A stretch of 64,000 nucleotides of DNA from Eledone cirrhosa (Eukaryota): the NCBI GenBank assembly GCA_964016885.1, contig OZ024759.1:23994001-24058000 (forward strand), in the 5' to 3' direction. Positions 27,879-41,768 of this stretch are shown here, piece after piece. Below the pieces are notes generated by a model that worked only from the letters and a program-made list of their open reading frames with translations, was not told the DNA's origin and did not search any database. The first letter of the stretch is position 1. The number at the start of each line of letters is the position of its first letter. The position numbers were made by a program, and so were the translations under genes.

Positions 27879-30800
27879 AACATGTGCTTTAACACTTTGA
27901 GCCCAGTTTACTTCGATATATCCCTATATATCTCTATTTTCCTTTTAACGGAAAACACCATGCTGTCTGGCTCACTCTCTCCCTTATCTACCTCATGCGA
28001 TCTACCTCTTTTTGAGTAATCCCTTGCTTGTCTTTCAAGCAAGTTGGTCTTTACTCCTATGGACGTATAAACTTTTACACTATCTCATAACCATTCCTAT
28101 ATTCGTCTTTCCAAGTCATGTGCTTTCACACTTTGAGCCCAGTTTACTTCGATATATCTCTATATATCTCTATCTTCCTTTTAACGGAAAACACCATGCT
28201 GTCTGGCTATCTCTCACCCAATCTACCTCATACTCTCTACCTCTTTTTGAGTAATCCCTTGCTTGTCTTTCAAGCAAGTTGGTCTTTACTCCTATGGACG
28301 TATAAACCTTTACACTATCTCATAACCATTCCTATATTTGTCTTTCCAAGTCATGTGCTTTCACACTTTGAGCCCAGTTTACTTCGATATATCCCTATAT
28401 ATCTCTATTTTCCTTTTAACGGAAAAAACCATGCTGTCTGGCTATCTCTCTCCCAATCTACCTCATACTCTCTACCTCTTTTTGAGTAATCCCTTGCTTG
28501 TCTTTCAAGCAAGTTGGTCTTTACTCCTATGGACGTATAAACCTTTACACTATCTCATAACCATTCCTATATTCGTCTTTCCAAGTCATGTGCTTTCACA
28601 CTTTGAGCCCAGTTTACTTCGATATATCTCTATATATCTCTATTTTCCTTTTAACGGAAAACACCATGCTGTCTGGCTATCTCTCTCCCAATCTACCTCA
28701 TACTCTCTACCACTTTTTGAGTAATCCCTTGCTTGTCTTTCAAGCAAGTTGGTCTTTGCTCCTATGGACGTATAAACCTTTACACTATCTCATAACCATT
28801 CCTATATTCGTCTTTCCAAAACATGTGCTTTAACACTTTGAGCCCAGTTTACTTCGATATATCCCTATATATCTCTATTTTCCTTTTAACGGAAAAAACC
28901 ATGCTGTCTGGCTATCTCTCTCCCAATCTACCTCATACTCTCTACCTCTTTTTGAGTAATCCCTTGCTTGTCTTTCAAGCAAGTTGGTCTTTACTCCTAT
29001 GGACGTATAAACCTTTACACTATCTCATAACCATTCCTATATTCGTCTTTCCAAGTCATGTGCTTTCACACTTTGAGCCCAGTTTACTTCGATATATCTC
29101 TATATATCTCTATTTTCCTTTTAACGGAAAACACCATGCTGTCTGGCTATCTCTCTCCCAATCTACCTCATACTCTCTACCTCTTTTTGAGTAATCCCTT
29201 GCTTGTCTTTCAAGCAAGTTGGTCTTTACTCCTATGGACGTATAAACCTTTACACTATCTCATAACCATTCCTATATTCGTCTTCCCAAGTCATGTGCTT
29301 TCACACTTTGAGCCCAGTTTACTTCGATATATCCCTATATATCTCTATTTTCCTTTTAACGGAAAACACCATGCTGTCTGGCTATCTCTCTCCCAATCTA
29401 CCACATGCGATCTACCTCTTTTTGAGTAATCCCTTGCTTGTCTTTCAAGCAAGTTGGTCTTTACTCCTATGGACGTATAAACTTTTACACTATCTCATAA
29501 CCATTCCTATATTCGTCTTTCCAAGTCATGTGCTTTCACTCTTTGAGCCCAGTTTACTTCGATATATCTCTATATATCTCTATCTTCCTTTTAACGGAAA
29601 ACACCATGCTGTCTGGCTATCTCTCACCCAATCTACCTCATACTCTCTACCTCTTTTTGAGTAATCCCTTGCTTGTCTTTCAAGCAAGTTGGTCTTTACT
29701 CCTATGGACGTATAAACCTTTACACTATCTCATAACCATTCCTATATTCGTCTTCCCAAGTCATGTGCTTTCACACTTTGAGCCCAGTTTACTTCGATAT
29801 ATCCCTATATATCTCTATTTTCCTTTTAACGGAAAACACCATGCTGTCTGGCTATCTCTCTCCCAATCTACCTCATACTCTCTACCTCTTTTTGAGTAAT
29901 CCCTTGCTTGTCTTTCAAGCAAGTTGGTCTTTACTCCTATGGACGTATAAACCTTTACACTATCTCATAACCATTCCTATATTCGTCTTTCCAAGTCATG
30001 TGCTTTCACACTTTGAGCCCAGTTTACTTCGATATATCTCTATATATCTCTATTTTCCTTTTAACGGAAAACACCATGCTGTCTGGCTATCTCTCTCCCA
30101 ATCTACCTCATACTCTCTACCACATTTTTGAGTAATCCCTTGCTTGTCTTTCAAGCAAGTTGGTCTTTGCTCCTATGGACGTATAAACCTTTACACTATC
30201 TCATAACCATTCCTATATTCGTCTTTCCAAGTCATGTGCTTTCACACTTTGAGCCCAGTTTACTTCGATATATCCCTATATATCTCTATTTTCCTTTTAA
30301 CGGAAAACACCATGCTGTCTGGCTATCTCTCTCCCAATCTACCTCATACTCTCTACCTCTTTTTGAGTAATCCCTTGCTTGTCTTTCAAGCAAGTTGGTC
30401 TTTGCTCCTATGGACGTATAAACCTTTACACTATCTCATAACCATTCCTATATTCGTCTTTCCAAAACATGTGCTTTAACACTTTGAGCCCAGTTTACTT
30501 CGATATATCCCTATATATCTCTATTTTCCTTTTAACGGAAAACACCATGCTGTCTGGCTCACTCTCTCCCTTATCTACCTCATGCGATCTACCTCTTTTT
30601 GAGTAATCCCTTGCTTGTCTTTCAAGCAAGTTGGTCTTTACTCCTATGGACGTATAAACTTTTACACTATCTCATAACCATTCCTATATTCGTCTTTCCA
30701 AGTCATGTGCTTTCACACTTTGAGCCCAGTTTACTTCGATATATCTCTATATATCTCTATCTTTCTTTTAACGGAAAACACCATGCTGTCTGGCTATCTC

Positions 30801-33800
30801 TCACCCAATCTACCTCATACTCTCTACCTCTTTTTGAGTACTCCCTTGCTTGTCTTTCAAGCAAGTTGGTCTTTACTCCTATGGACGTATAAACCTTTAC
30901 ACTATCTCATAACCATTCCTATATTCGTCTTTCCAAGTCATGTGCTTTCACACTTTGATCCCAGTTTACTTCGATATATCCCTATATATCTCTATTTTCC
31001 TTTTAACGGAAAACACCATGCTGTCTGGCTATCTCTCTCCCAATCTACCTCATACTCTCTACCTCTTTTTGAGTAATCCCTTGCTTGTCTTTCAAGCAAG
31101 TTGGTCTTTACTCCTATGGACGTATAAACCTTTACACTATCTCATAACCATTCCTATATTCGTCTTTCCAAAACATGTGCTTTAACACTTTGAGCCCAGT
31201 TTACTTCGATATATCCCTATATATCTCTATTTTCCTTTTAACGGAAAACACCATGCTGTCTGGCTCTCTCTCTCCCTTATCTACCTCATGCGATCTACCT
31301 CTTTTTGAGTCATTCCTTGCTTGTCTTTCAAGCAAGTTGGTCATTACTCCTATGGACGTATAAACCTTTACGCTATCTCATAACCACTCCTATATTGGTC
31401 TTTCCAAGTCATGTGCTTTAACACTTTGATCCCAGTTTACTTCGATATATCCCTATATATCTCTATTTTCCTTTTAACGGAAAACACCTTGCTGTCTGGC
31501 TATCTCTCTCCCAATCTACCTCATACTCTCTACCTCTTTTTGAGTAATCCCTTGCTTGTCTTTCAAGCAAGTTGGTCTTTACTCCTATGGACGTATAAAC
31601 CTTTACACTATCTCATAACCATTCCTATATTCGTCTTTCCAAAACATGTGCTTTAACACTTTGAGCCCAGTTTACTTCGATATATCTCTATATATCTCTA
31701 TCTTCCTTTTAACGGAAAACACCATGCTGTCTGGCTATCTCTCACCCAATCTACCTCATACTCTCTACCTCTTTTTGAGTAATCCCTTGCTTGTCTTTCA
31801 AGCAAGTTGGTCTTTGCTCCTATGGACATATAAACCTTTACACTATCTCATAATCATTCCTATATTCGTCTTTCCAAGTCATGTGCTTTCACACTTTGAG
31901 CCCAGTTTACTTCGATATATCTCTATATATCTCTATTTTCCTTTTAACGGAAAACACCATGCTGTCTGGCTATCTCTCTCCCAATCTACCTCATACTCTC
32001 TACCTCTTTTTGAGTAATCCCTTGCTTGTCTTTCAAGCAAGTTGGTCTTTACTCCTATGGACGTATAAACCTTTACACTATCTCATAACCATTCCTATAT
32101 TCGTCTTTCCAAGTCATGTGCTTTCACACTTTGAGCCCAGTTTACTTCGATATATCTCTATATATCTCTATATTCCTTTTAACGGAAAACACCATGCTGT
32201 CTGGCTATCTCTCTCCCAATCTACCTCATACTCTCTACCACTTTTTGAGTAATCCCTTGCTTGTCTTTCAAGCAAGTTGGTCTTTGCTCCTATGGACGTA
32301 TAAACCTTTACACTATCTCATAACCATTCCTATATTCGTCTTTCCAAAACATGTGCTTTAACACTTTGAGCCCAGTTTACTTCGATATATCCCTATATAT
32401 CTCTATTTTCCTTTTAACGGAAAACACCATGCTGTCTGGCTCACTCTCTCCCTTATCTACCTCATGCGATCTACCTCTTTTTGAGTAATCCCTTGCTTGT
32501 CTTTCAAGCAAGTTGGTCTTTACTCCTATGGACGTATAAACCTTTACACTATCTCATAACCATTCCTATATTCGTCTTTCCAAGTCATGTGCTTTCACAC
32601 TTTGAGCCCAGTTTACTTCGATATATCTCTATATATCTCTATCTTCCTTTTAACGGAAAACACCATGCTGTCTGGCTATCTCTCACCCAATCTACCTCAT
32701 ACTCTCTACCTCTTTTTGAGTAATCCCTTGCTTGTCTTTCAAGCAAGTTGGTCTTTACTCCTATGGACGTATAAACCTTTACACTATCTCATAACCATTC
32801 CTATATTCGTCTTCCCAAGTCATGTGCTTTCACACTTTGAGCCCAGTTTACTTCGATATATCCCTATATATCTCTATTTTCCTTTTAACGGAAAACACCA
32901 TGCTGTCTGGCTATCTCTCTCCCAATCTACCTCATACTCTCTACCTCTTTTTGAGTAATCCCTTGCTTGTCTTTCAAGCAAGTTGGTCTTTACTCCTATG
33001 GACGTATAAACCTTTACACTATCTCATAACCATTCCTATATTCGTCTTTCCAAGTCATGTGCTTTCACACTTTGAGCCCAGTTTACTTCGATATATCTCT
33101 ATATATCTCTATTTTCCTTTTAACGGAAAACACCATGCTGTCTGGCTATCTCTCTCCCAATCTACCTCATACTCTCTACCACTTTTTGAGTAATCCCTTG
33201 CTTGTCTTTCAAGCAAGTTGGTCTTTGCTCCTATGGACGTATAAACCTTTACACTATCTCATAACCATTCCTATATTCGTCTTTCCAAAACATGTGCTTT
33301 AACACTTTGAGCCCAGTTTACTTCGATATATCCCTATATATCTCTATTTTCCTTTTAACGGAAAAAACCATGCTGTCTGGCTATCTCTCTCCCAATCTAC
33401 CTCATACTCTCTACCTCTTTTTGAGTAATCCCTTGCTTGTCTTTCAAGCAAGTTGGTCTTTACTCCTATGGACGTATAAACCTTTACACTATCTCATAAC
33501 CATTCCTATATTCGTCTTTCCAAGTCATGTGCTTTCACACTTTGAGCCCAGTTTACTTCGATATATCTCTATATATCTCTATTTTCCTTTTAACGGAAAA
33601 CACCATGCTGTCTGGCTATCTCTCTCCCAATCTACCTCATACTCTCTACCTCTTTTTGAGTAATCCCTTGCTTGTCTTTCAAGCAAGTTGGTCTTTACTC
33701 CTATGGACGTATAAACCTTTACACTATCTCATAACCATTCCTATATTCGTCTTCCCAAGTCATGTGCTTTCACACTTTGAGCCCAGTTTACTTCGATATA

Positions 33801-36360
33801 TCCCTATATATCTCTATTTTCCTTTTAACGGAAAACACCATGCTGTCTGGCTATCTCTCTCCCAATCTACCTCATGCGATCTACCTCTTTTTGAGTAATC
33901 CCTTGCTTGTCTTTCAAGCAAGTTGGTCTTTACTCCTATGGACGTATAAACTTTTACACTATCTCATAACCATTCCTATATTCGTCTTTCCAAGTCATGT
34001 GCTTTCACACTTTGAGCCCAGTTTACTTCGATATATCTCTATATATCTCTATCTTCCTTTTAACGGAAAACACCATGCTGTCTGGCTATCTCTCACCCAA
34101 TCTACCTCATACTCTCTACCTCTTTTTGAGTAATCCCTTGCTTGTCTTTCAAGCAAGTTGGTCTTTACTCCTATGGACGTATAAACCTTTACACTATCTC
34201 ATAACCATTCCTATATTCGTCTTCCCAAGTCATGTGCTTTCACACTTTGAGCCCAGTTTACTTCGATATATCCCTATATATCTCTATTTTCCTTTTAACG
34301 GAAAACACCATGCTGTCTGGCTATCTCTCTCCCAATCTACCTCATACTCTCTACCTCTTTTTGAGTAATCCCTTGCTTGTCTTTCAAGCAAGTTGGTCTT
34401 TACTCCTATGGACGTATAAACCTTTACACTATCTCATAACCATTCCTATATTCGTCTTTCCAAGTCATGTGCTTTCACACTTTGAGCCCAGTTTACTTCG
34501 ATATATCTCTATATATCTCTATTTTCCTTTTAACGGAAAACACCATGCTGTCTGGCTATCTCTCTCCCAATCTACCTCATACTCTCTACCACATTTTTGA
34601 GTAATCCCTTGCTTGTCTTTCAAGCAAGTTGGTCTTTGCTCCTATGGACGTATAAACCTTTACACTATCTCATAACCATTCCTATATTCGTCTTTCCAAG
34701 TCATGTGCTTTCACACTTTGAGCCCAGTTTACTTCGATATATCCCTATATATCTCTATTTTCCTTTTAACGGAAAACACCATGCTGTCTGGCTATCTCTC
34801 TCCCAATCTACCTCATACTCTCTACCTCTTTTTGAGTAATCCCTTGCTTGTCTTTCAAGCAAGTTGGTCTTTGCTCCTATGGACGTATAAACCTTTACAC
34901 TATCTCATAACCATTCCTATATTCGTCTTTCCAAAACATGTGCTTTAAAACTTTGAGCCCAGTTTACTTCGATATATCCCTATATATCTCTATTTTCCTT
35001 TTAACGGAAAACACCATGCTGTCTGGCTCACTCTCTCCCTTATCTACCTCATGCGATCTACCTCTTTTTGAGTAATCCCTTGCTTGTCTTTCAAGCAAGT
35101 TGGTCTTTACTCCTATGGACGTATAAACCTTTACACTATCTCATAACCATTCCTATATTCGTCTTTCCAAGTCATGTGCTTTCACACTTTGATCCCAGTT
35201 TACTTCGATATATCCCTATATATCTCTATTTTCCTTTTAACGGAAAACACCATGCTGTCTGGCTATCTCTCTCCCAATCTACCTCATACTCTCTACCTCT
35301 TTTTGAGTAATCCCTTGCTTGTCTTTCAAGCAAGTTGGTCTTTACTCCTATGGACGTATAAACCTTTACACTATCTCATAACCATTCCTATATTCGTCTT
35401 TCCAAAACATGTGCTTTAACACTTTGAGCCCAGTTTACTTCGATATATCCCTATATATCTCTATTTTCCTTTTAACGGAAAACACCATGCTGTCTGGCTC
35501 TCTCTCTCCCTTATCTACCTCATGCGATCTACCTCTTTTTGAGTCATTCCTTGCTTGTCTTTCAAGCAAGTTGGTCATTACTCCTATGGACGTATAAACC
35601 TTTACGCTATCTCATAACCACTCCTATATTGGTCTTTCCAAGTCATGTGCTTTAACACTTTGATCCCAGTTTACTTCGATATATCCCTATATATCTCTAT
35701 TTTCCTTTTAACGGAAAACACCTTGCTGTCTGGCTATCTCTCTCCCAATCTACCTCATACTCTCTACCTCTTTTTGAGTAATCCCTTGCTTGTCTTTCAA
35801 GCAAGTTGGTCTTTGCTCCTATGGACATATAAACCTTTACACTATCTCATAATCATTCCTATATTCGTCTTTCCAAGTCATGTGCTTTCACACTTTGAGC
35901 CCAGTTTACTTCGATATATCTCTATATATCTCTATTTTCCTTTTAACGGAAAACACCATGCTGTCTGGCTATCTCTCTCCCAATCTACCTCATACTCTCT
36001 ACCTCTTTTTGAGTAATCCCTTGCTTGTCTTTCAAGCAAGTTGGTCTTTACTCCTATGGACGTATAAACCTTTACACTATCTCATAACCATTCCTATATT
36101 CGTCTTTCCAAGTCATGTGCTTTCACACTTTGAGCCCAGTTTACTTCGATATATCTCTATATATCTCTATATTCCTTTTAACGGAAAACACCATGCTGTC
36201 TGGCTATCTCTCTCCCAATCTACCTCATACTCTCTACCACTTTTTGAGTAATCCCTTGCTTGTCTTTCAAGCAAGTTGGTCTTTGCTCCTATGGACGTAT
36301 AAACCTTTACACTATCTCATAACCATTCCTATATTCGTCTTTCCAAAACATGTGCTTTAA
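26942..36360. repeat. 19-monomer duplication (4469 bp) with successive single-monomer losses (offsets 4469, 4234, 3999)
   Basis: Offset 4469: ORFs 26942/31411, 28823/33292, 30128/34597. Offset 4234: 30940/35174, 31175/35409 (gagtCattcc). Offset 3999: 31881/35880. Confidence 0.85.
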
Positions 36361-37290
36361 CACTTTGAGCCCAGTTTACTTCGATATATCCCTATATATC
36401 TCTATTTTCCTTTTAACGGAAAACACCATGCTGTCTGGCTCACTCTCTCCCTTATCTACCTCATGCGATCTACCTCTTTTTGAGTAATCCCTTGCTTGTC
36501 TTTCAAGCAAGTTGGTCTTTACTCCTATGGACGTATAAACTTTTACACTATCTCATAACCATTCCTATATTCGTCTTTCCAAGTCATGTGCTTTCACACT
36601 TTGAGCCCAGTTTACTTCGATATATCTCTATATATCTCTATCTTCCTTTTAACGGAAAACACCATGCTGTCTGGCTATCTCTCACCCAATCTACCTCATA
36701 CTCTCTACCTCTTTTTGAGTAATCCCTTGCTTGTCTTTCAAGCAAGTTGGTCTTTACTCCTATGGACGTATAAACCTTTACACTATCTCATAACCATTCC
36801 TATATTCGTCTTCCCAAGTCATGTGCTTTCACACTTTGAGCCCAGTTTACTTCGATATATCCCTATATATCTCTATTTTCCTTTTAACGGAAAACACCAT
36901 GCTGTCTGGCTATCTCTCTCCCAATCTACCTCATACTCTCTACCTCTTTTTGAGTAATCCCTTGCTTGTCTTTCAAGCAAGTTGGTCTTTACTCCTATGG
37001 ACGTATAAACCTTTACACTATCTCATAACCATTCCTATATTCGTCTTTCCAAGTCATGTGCTTTCACACTTTGAGCCCAGTTTACTTCGATATATCTCTA
37101 TATATCTCTATTTTCCTTTTAACGGAAAACACCATGCTGTCTGGCTATCTCTCTTCCAATCTACCTCATACTCTCTACCACTTTTTGAGTAATCCCTTGC
37201 TTGTCTTTCAAGCAAGTTGGTCTTTGCTCCTATGGACGTATAAACCTTTACACTATCTCATAACCATTCCTATATTCGTCTTTCCAAAAC

Positions 37291-40200
37291 ATGTGCTTTA
37301 ACACTTTGAGCCCAGTTTACTTCGATATATCTCTATATATCTCTATTTTCCTTTTAACGGAAAACACCATGCTGTCTGGCTCACTCTCTCCCTTATCTAC
37401 CTCATGCGATCTACCTCTTTTTGAGTAATCCCTTGCTTGTCTTTCAAGCAAGTTGGTCTTTACTCCTATGGACGTATAAACCTTTACACTATCTCATAAC
37501 CATTCCTATATTCGTCTTTCCAAGTCATGTGCTTTCACACTTTGAGCCCAGTTTACTTCGATATATCTCTATATATCTCTATCTTCCTTTTAACGGAAAA
37601 CACCATGCTGTCTGGCTATCTGTCACCCAATCTACCTCATACTCTCTACCTCTTTTTGAGTAATCCCTTGCTTTTCTTTCAAGCAAGTTGGTCTTTACTC
37701 CTATGGACGTATAAAACTTTACACTATCCTATCTCATAACCATTCCTATATTTGTCTTTCCAAGTCATGTGCTTTCACACTTTGAGCCCAGTCTACTTCG
37801 ATATATCCCTATATATCTCTATTTTCCTTTTAACGGAAAAAACCATGCTGTCTGGCTATCTCTCTCCCAATCTACCTCATACTCTCTACCTCTTTTTGAG
37901 TAATCCCTTGCTTGTCTTTCAAGCAAGTTGGTCTTTACTCCTATGGACGTATAAACCTTTACACTATCTCATAACCATTCCTATATTCGTCTTTCCAAGT
38001 CATGTGCTTTCACACTTTGAGCCCAGTTTACTTCGATATATCTCTATATATCTCTATTTTCCTTTTAACGGAAAACACCATGCTGTCTGGCTATCTCTCT
38101 CCCAATCTACCTCATACTCTCTACCACTTTTTGAGTAATCCTTTGCTTGTCTTTCAAGCAAGTTGGTCTTTGCTCCTATGGACGTATAAACCTTTACACT
38201 ATCTCATAACCATTCCTATATTCGTCTTTCCAAAACATGTGCTTTAACACTTTGAGCCCAGTTTACTTCGATATATCCCTATATATCTCTATTTTCCTTT
38301 TAACGGAAAACACCATGCTGTCTGGCTCACTCTCTCCCTTATCTACATCATGCGATCTACCTCTTTTTGAGTAATCCCTTGCTTGTCTTTCAAGCAAGTT
38401 GGTCTTTACTCCTATGGACGTATAAACTTTTACACTATCTCATAACCATTCCTATATTCGTCTTTCCAAGTCATGTGCTTTCACACTTTGAGCCCAGTTT
38501 ACTTCGATATATCTCTATATATCTCTATCTTCCTTTTAACGGAAAACACCATGCTGTCTGGCTATCTCTCACCCAATCTACCTCATACTCTCTACCTCTT
38601 TTTGAGTACTCCCTTGCTTGTCTTTCAAGCAAGTTGGTCTTTGCTCCTATGGACGTATAAACCTTTACACTATCTCATAACCATTCCTATATTCGTCTTT
38701 CCAAAACATGTGCTTTAACACTTTGAGCCCAGTTTACTTCGATATATCCCTATATATCTCTATTTTCCTTTTAACGGAAAACACCATGCTGTCTGGCTCA
38801 CTCTCTCCCTTATCTACCTCATGCGATCTACCTCTTTTTGAGTAATCCCTTGCTTGTCTTTCAAGCAAGTTGGTCTTTACTCCTATGGACGTATAAACTT
38901 TTACACTATCTCATAACCATTCCTATATTCGTCTTTCCAAGTCATGTGCTTTCACACTTTGAGCCCAGTTTACTTCGATATATCTCTATATATCTCTATC
39001 TTCCTTTTAACGGAAAACACCATGCTGTCTGGCTATCTCTCACCCAATCTACCTCATACTCTCTACCTCTTTTTGAGTAATCCCTTGCTTGTCTTTCAAG
39101 CAAGTTGGTCTTTACTCCTATGGACGTATAAACCTTTACACTATCTCATAACCATTCCTATATTCGTCTTCCCAAGTCATGTGCTTTCACACTTTGAGCC
39201 CAGTTTACTTCGATATATCCCTATATATCTCTATTTTCCTTTTAACGGAAAACACCATGCTGTCTGGCTATCTCTCTCCCAATCTACCTCATACTCTCTA
39301 CCTCTTTTTGAGTAATCCCTTGCTTGTCTTTCAAGCAAGTTGGTCTTTACTCCTATGGACGTATAAACCTTTACACTATCTCATAACCATTCCTATATTC
39401 GTCTTTCCAAGTCATGTGCTTTCACACTTTGAGCCCAGTTTACTTCGATATATCTCTATATATCTCTATTTTCCTTTTAACGGAAAACACCATGCTGTCT
39501 GGCTATCTCTCTCCCAATCTACCTCATACTCTCTACCACATTTTGAGTAATCCCTTGCTTGTCTTTCAAGCAAGTTGGTCTTTGCTCCTATGGACGTATA
39601 AACCTTTACACTATCTCATAACCATTCCTATATTCGTCTTTCCAAAACATGTGCTTTAACACTTTGAGCCCAGTTTACTTCGATATATCCCTATATATCT
39701 CTATTTTCCTTTTAACGGAAAACACCATGCTGTCTGGCTCACTCTCTCCCTTATCTACCTCATGCGATCTACCTCTTTTTGAGTAATCCCTTGCTTGTCT
39801 TTCAAGCAAGTTGGTCTTTACTCCTATGGACGTATAAACTTTTACACTATCTCAAAACCATTCCTATATTCGTCTTTCCAAGTCATGTGCTTTCACACTT
39901 TGAGCCCAGTTTACTTCGATATATCTCTATATATCTCTATCTTCCTTTTAACGGAAAACACCATGCTGTCTGGCTATCTGTCACCCAATCTACCTCATAC
40001 TCTCTACCTCTTTTTGAGTAATCCCTTGCTTGTCTTTCAAGCAAGTTGGTCTTTACTCCTATGGACGTATAAACCTTTACACTATCTCATAACCATTCCT
40101 ATATTTGTCTTTCCAAGTCATGTGCTTTCACACTTTGAGCCCAGTTTACTTCGATATATCCCTATATATCTCTATTTTCCTTTTAACGGAAAAAACCATG

Positions 40201-41060
40201 CTGTCTGGCTATCTCTCTCCCAATCTACCTCATACTCTCTACCTCTTTTTGAGTAATCCCTTGCTTGTCTTTCAAGCAAGTTGGTCTTTACTCCTATGGA
40301 CGTATAAACCTTTACACTATCTCATAACCATTCCTATATTCGTCTTTCCAAGTCATGTGCTTTCACACTTTGAGCCCAGTTTACTTCGATATATCTCTAT
40401 ATATCTCTATTTTCCTTTTAACGGAAAACACCATGCTGTCTGGCTATCTCTCTCCCAATCTACCTCATACTCTCTACCACTTTTTGAGTAATCCCTTGCT
40501 TGTCTTTCAAGCAAGTTGGTCTTTGCTCCTATGGACGTATAAACCTTTACACTATCTCATAACCATTCCTATATTCGTCTTTCCAAAACATGTGCTTTAA
40601 CACTTTGAGCCCAGTTTACTTCGATATATCCCTATATATCTCTATTTTCCTTTTAACGGAAAACACCATGCTGTCTGGTTCACTCTCTCCCTTATCTACC
40701 TCATGCGATCTACCTCTTTTTGAGTAATCCCTTGCTTGTCTTTCAAGCAAGTTGGTCTTTACTCCTATGGACGTATAAACTTCTACACTATCTCATAACC
40801 ATTCCTATATTCGTCTTTCCAAGTCATGTGCTTTCACACTTTGAGCCCAGTTTACTTCGATATATCTCTATATATCTCTATCTTCCTTTTAACGGAAAAC
40901 ACCATGCTGTCTGGCTATCTCTCACCCAATCTACCTCATACTCTCTACCTCTTTTTGAGTACTCCCTTGCTTGTCTTTCAAGCAAGTTGGTCTTTACTCC
41001 TATGGACGTATAAACCTTTACACTATCTCATAACCATTCCTATATTCGTCTTTCCAAGTC
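37291..41060. repeat. Diverged partial 10-monomer duplication (2353/2358 bp)
   Basis: The linked markers ctatctGtcaccc, atattTgtc and ggaaaaAacc occur at ORFs 37421-37752 and again at 39779-40105. The gagtaCtccc marker is in 38473/40826. Confidence 0.7.
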
Positions 41061-41768
41061 ATGTGCTTTCACACTTTGAGCCCAGTTTACTTCGATATAT
41101 CCCTATATATCTCTATTTTCCTTTTAACGGAAAACACCATGCTGTCTGGCTATCTCTCTCCCAATCTACCTCATACTCTCTACCTCTTTTTGAGTAATCC
41201 CTTGCTTGTCTTTCAAGCAAGTTGGTCTTTACTCCTATGGACGTATAAACCTTTACACTATCTCATAACCATTCCTATATTCGTCTTTCCAAAACATGTG
41301 CTTTAACACTTTGAGCCCAGTTTACTTCGATATATCCCTATATATCTCTATTTTCCTTTTAACGGAAAACACCATGCTGTCTGGCTCTCTCTCTCTCCCT
41401 TATCTACCTCATGCGATCTACCTCTTTTTGAGTAATTCCTTGCTTGTCTTTCAAGCAAGTTGGTCATTACTCCTATGGACGTATAAACCTTTACGCTATC
41501 TCATAACCACTCCTATATTGGTCTTTCCAAGTCATGTGCTTTAACACTTTGATCCCAGTTTACTTCGATATATCCCTATATATCTCTATTTTCCTTTTAA
41601 CGGAAAACACCTTGCTGTCTGGCTATCTCTCTCCCAATCTACCTCATACTCTCTACCTCTTTTTGAGTAATCCCTTGCTTGTCTTTCAAGCAAGTTGGTC
41701 TTTACTCCTATGGACGTATAAACCTTTACACTATCTCATAACCATTCCTATATTCGTCTTTCCAAAAC

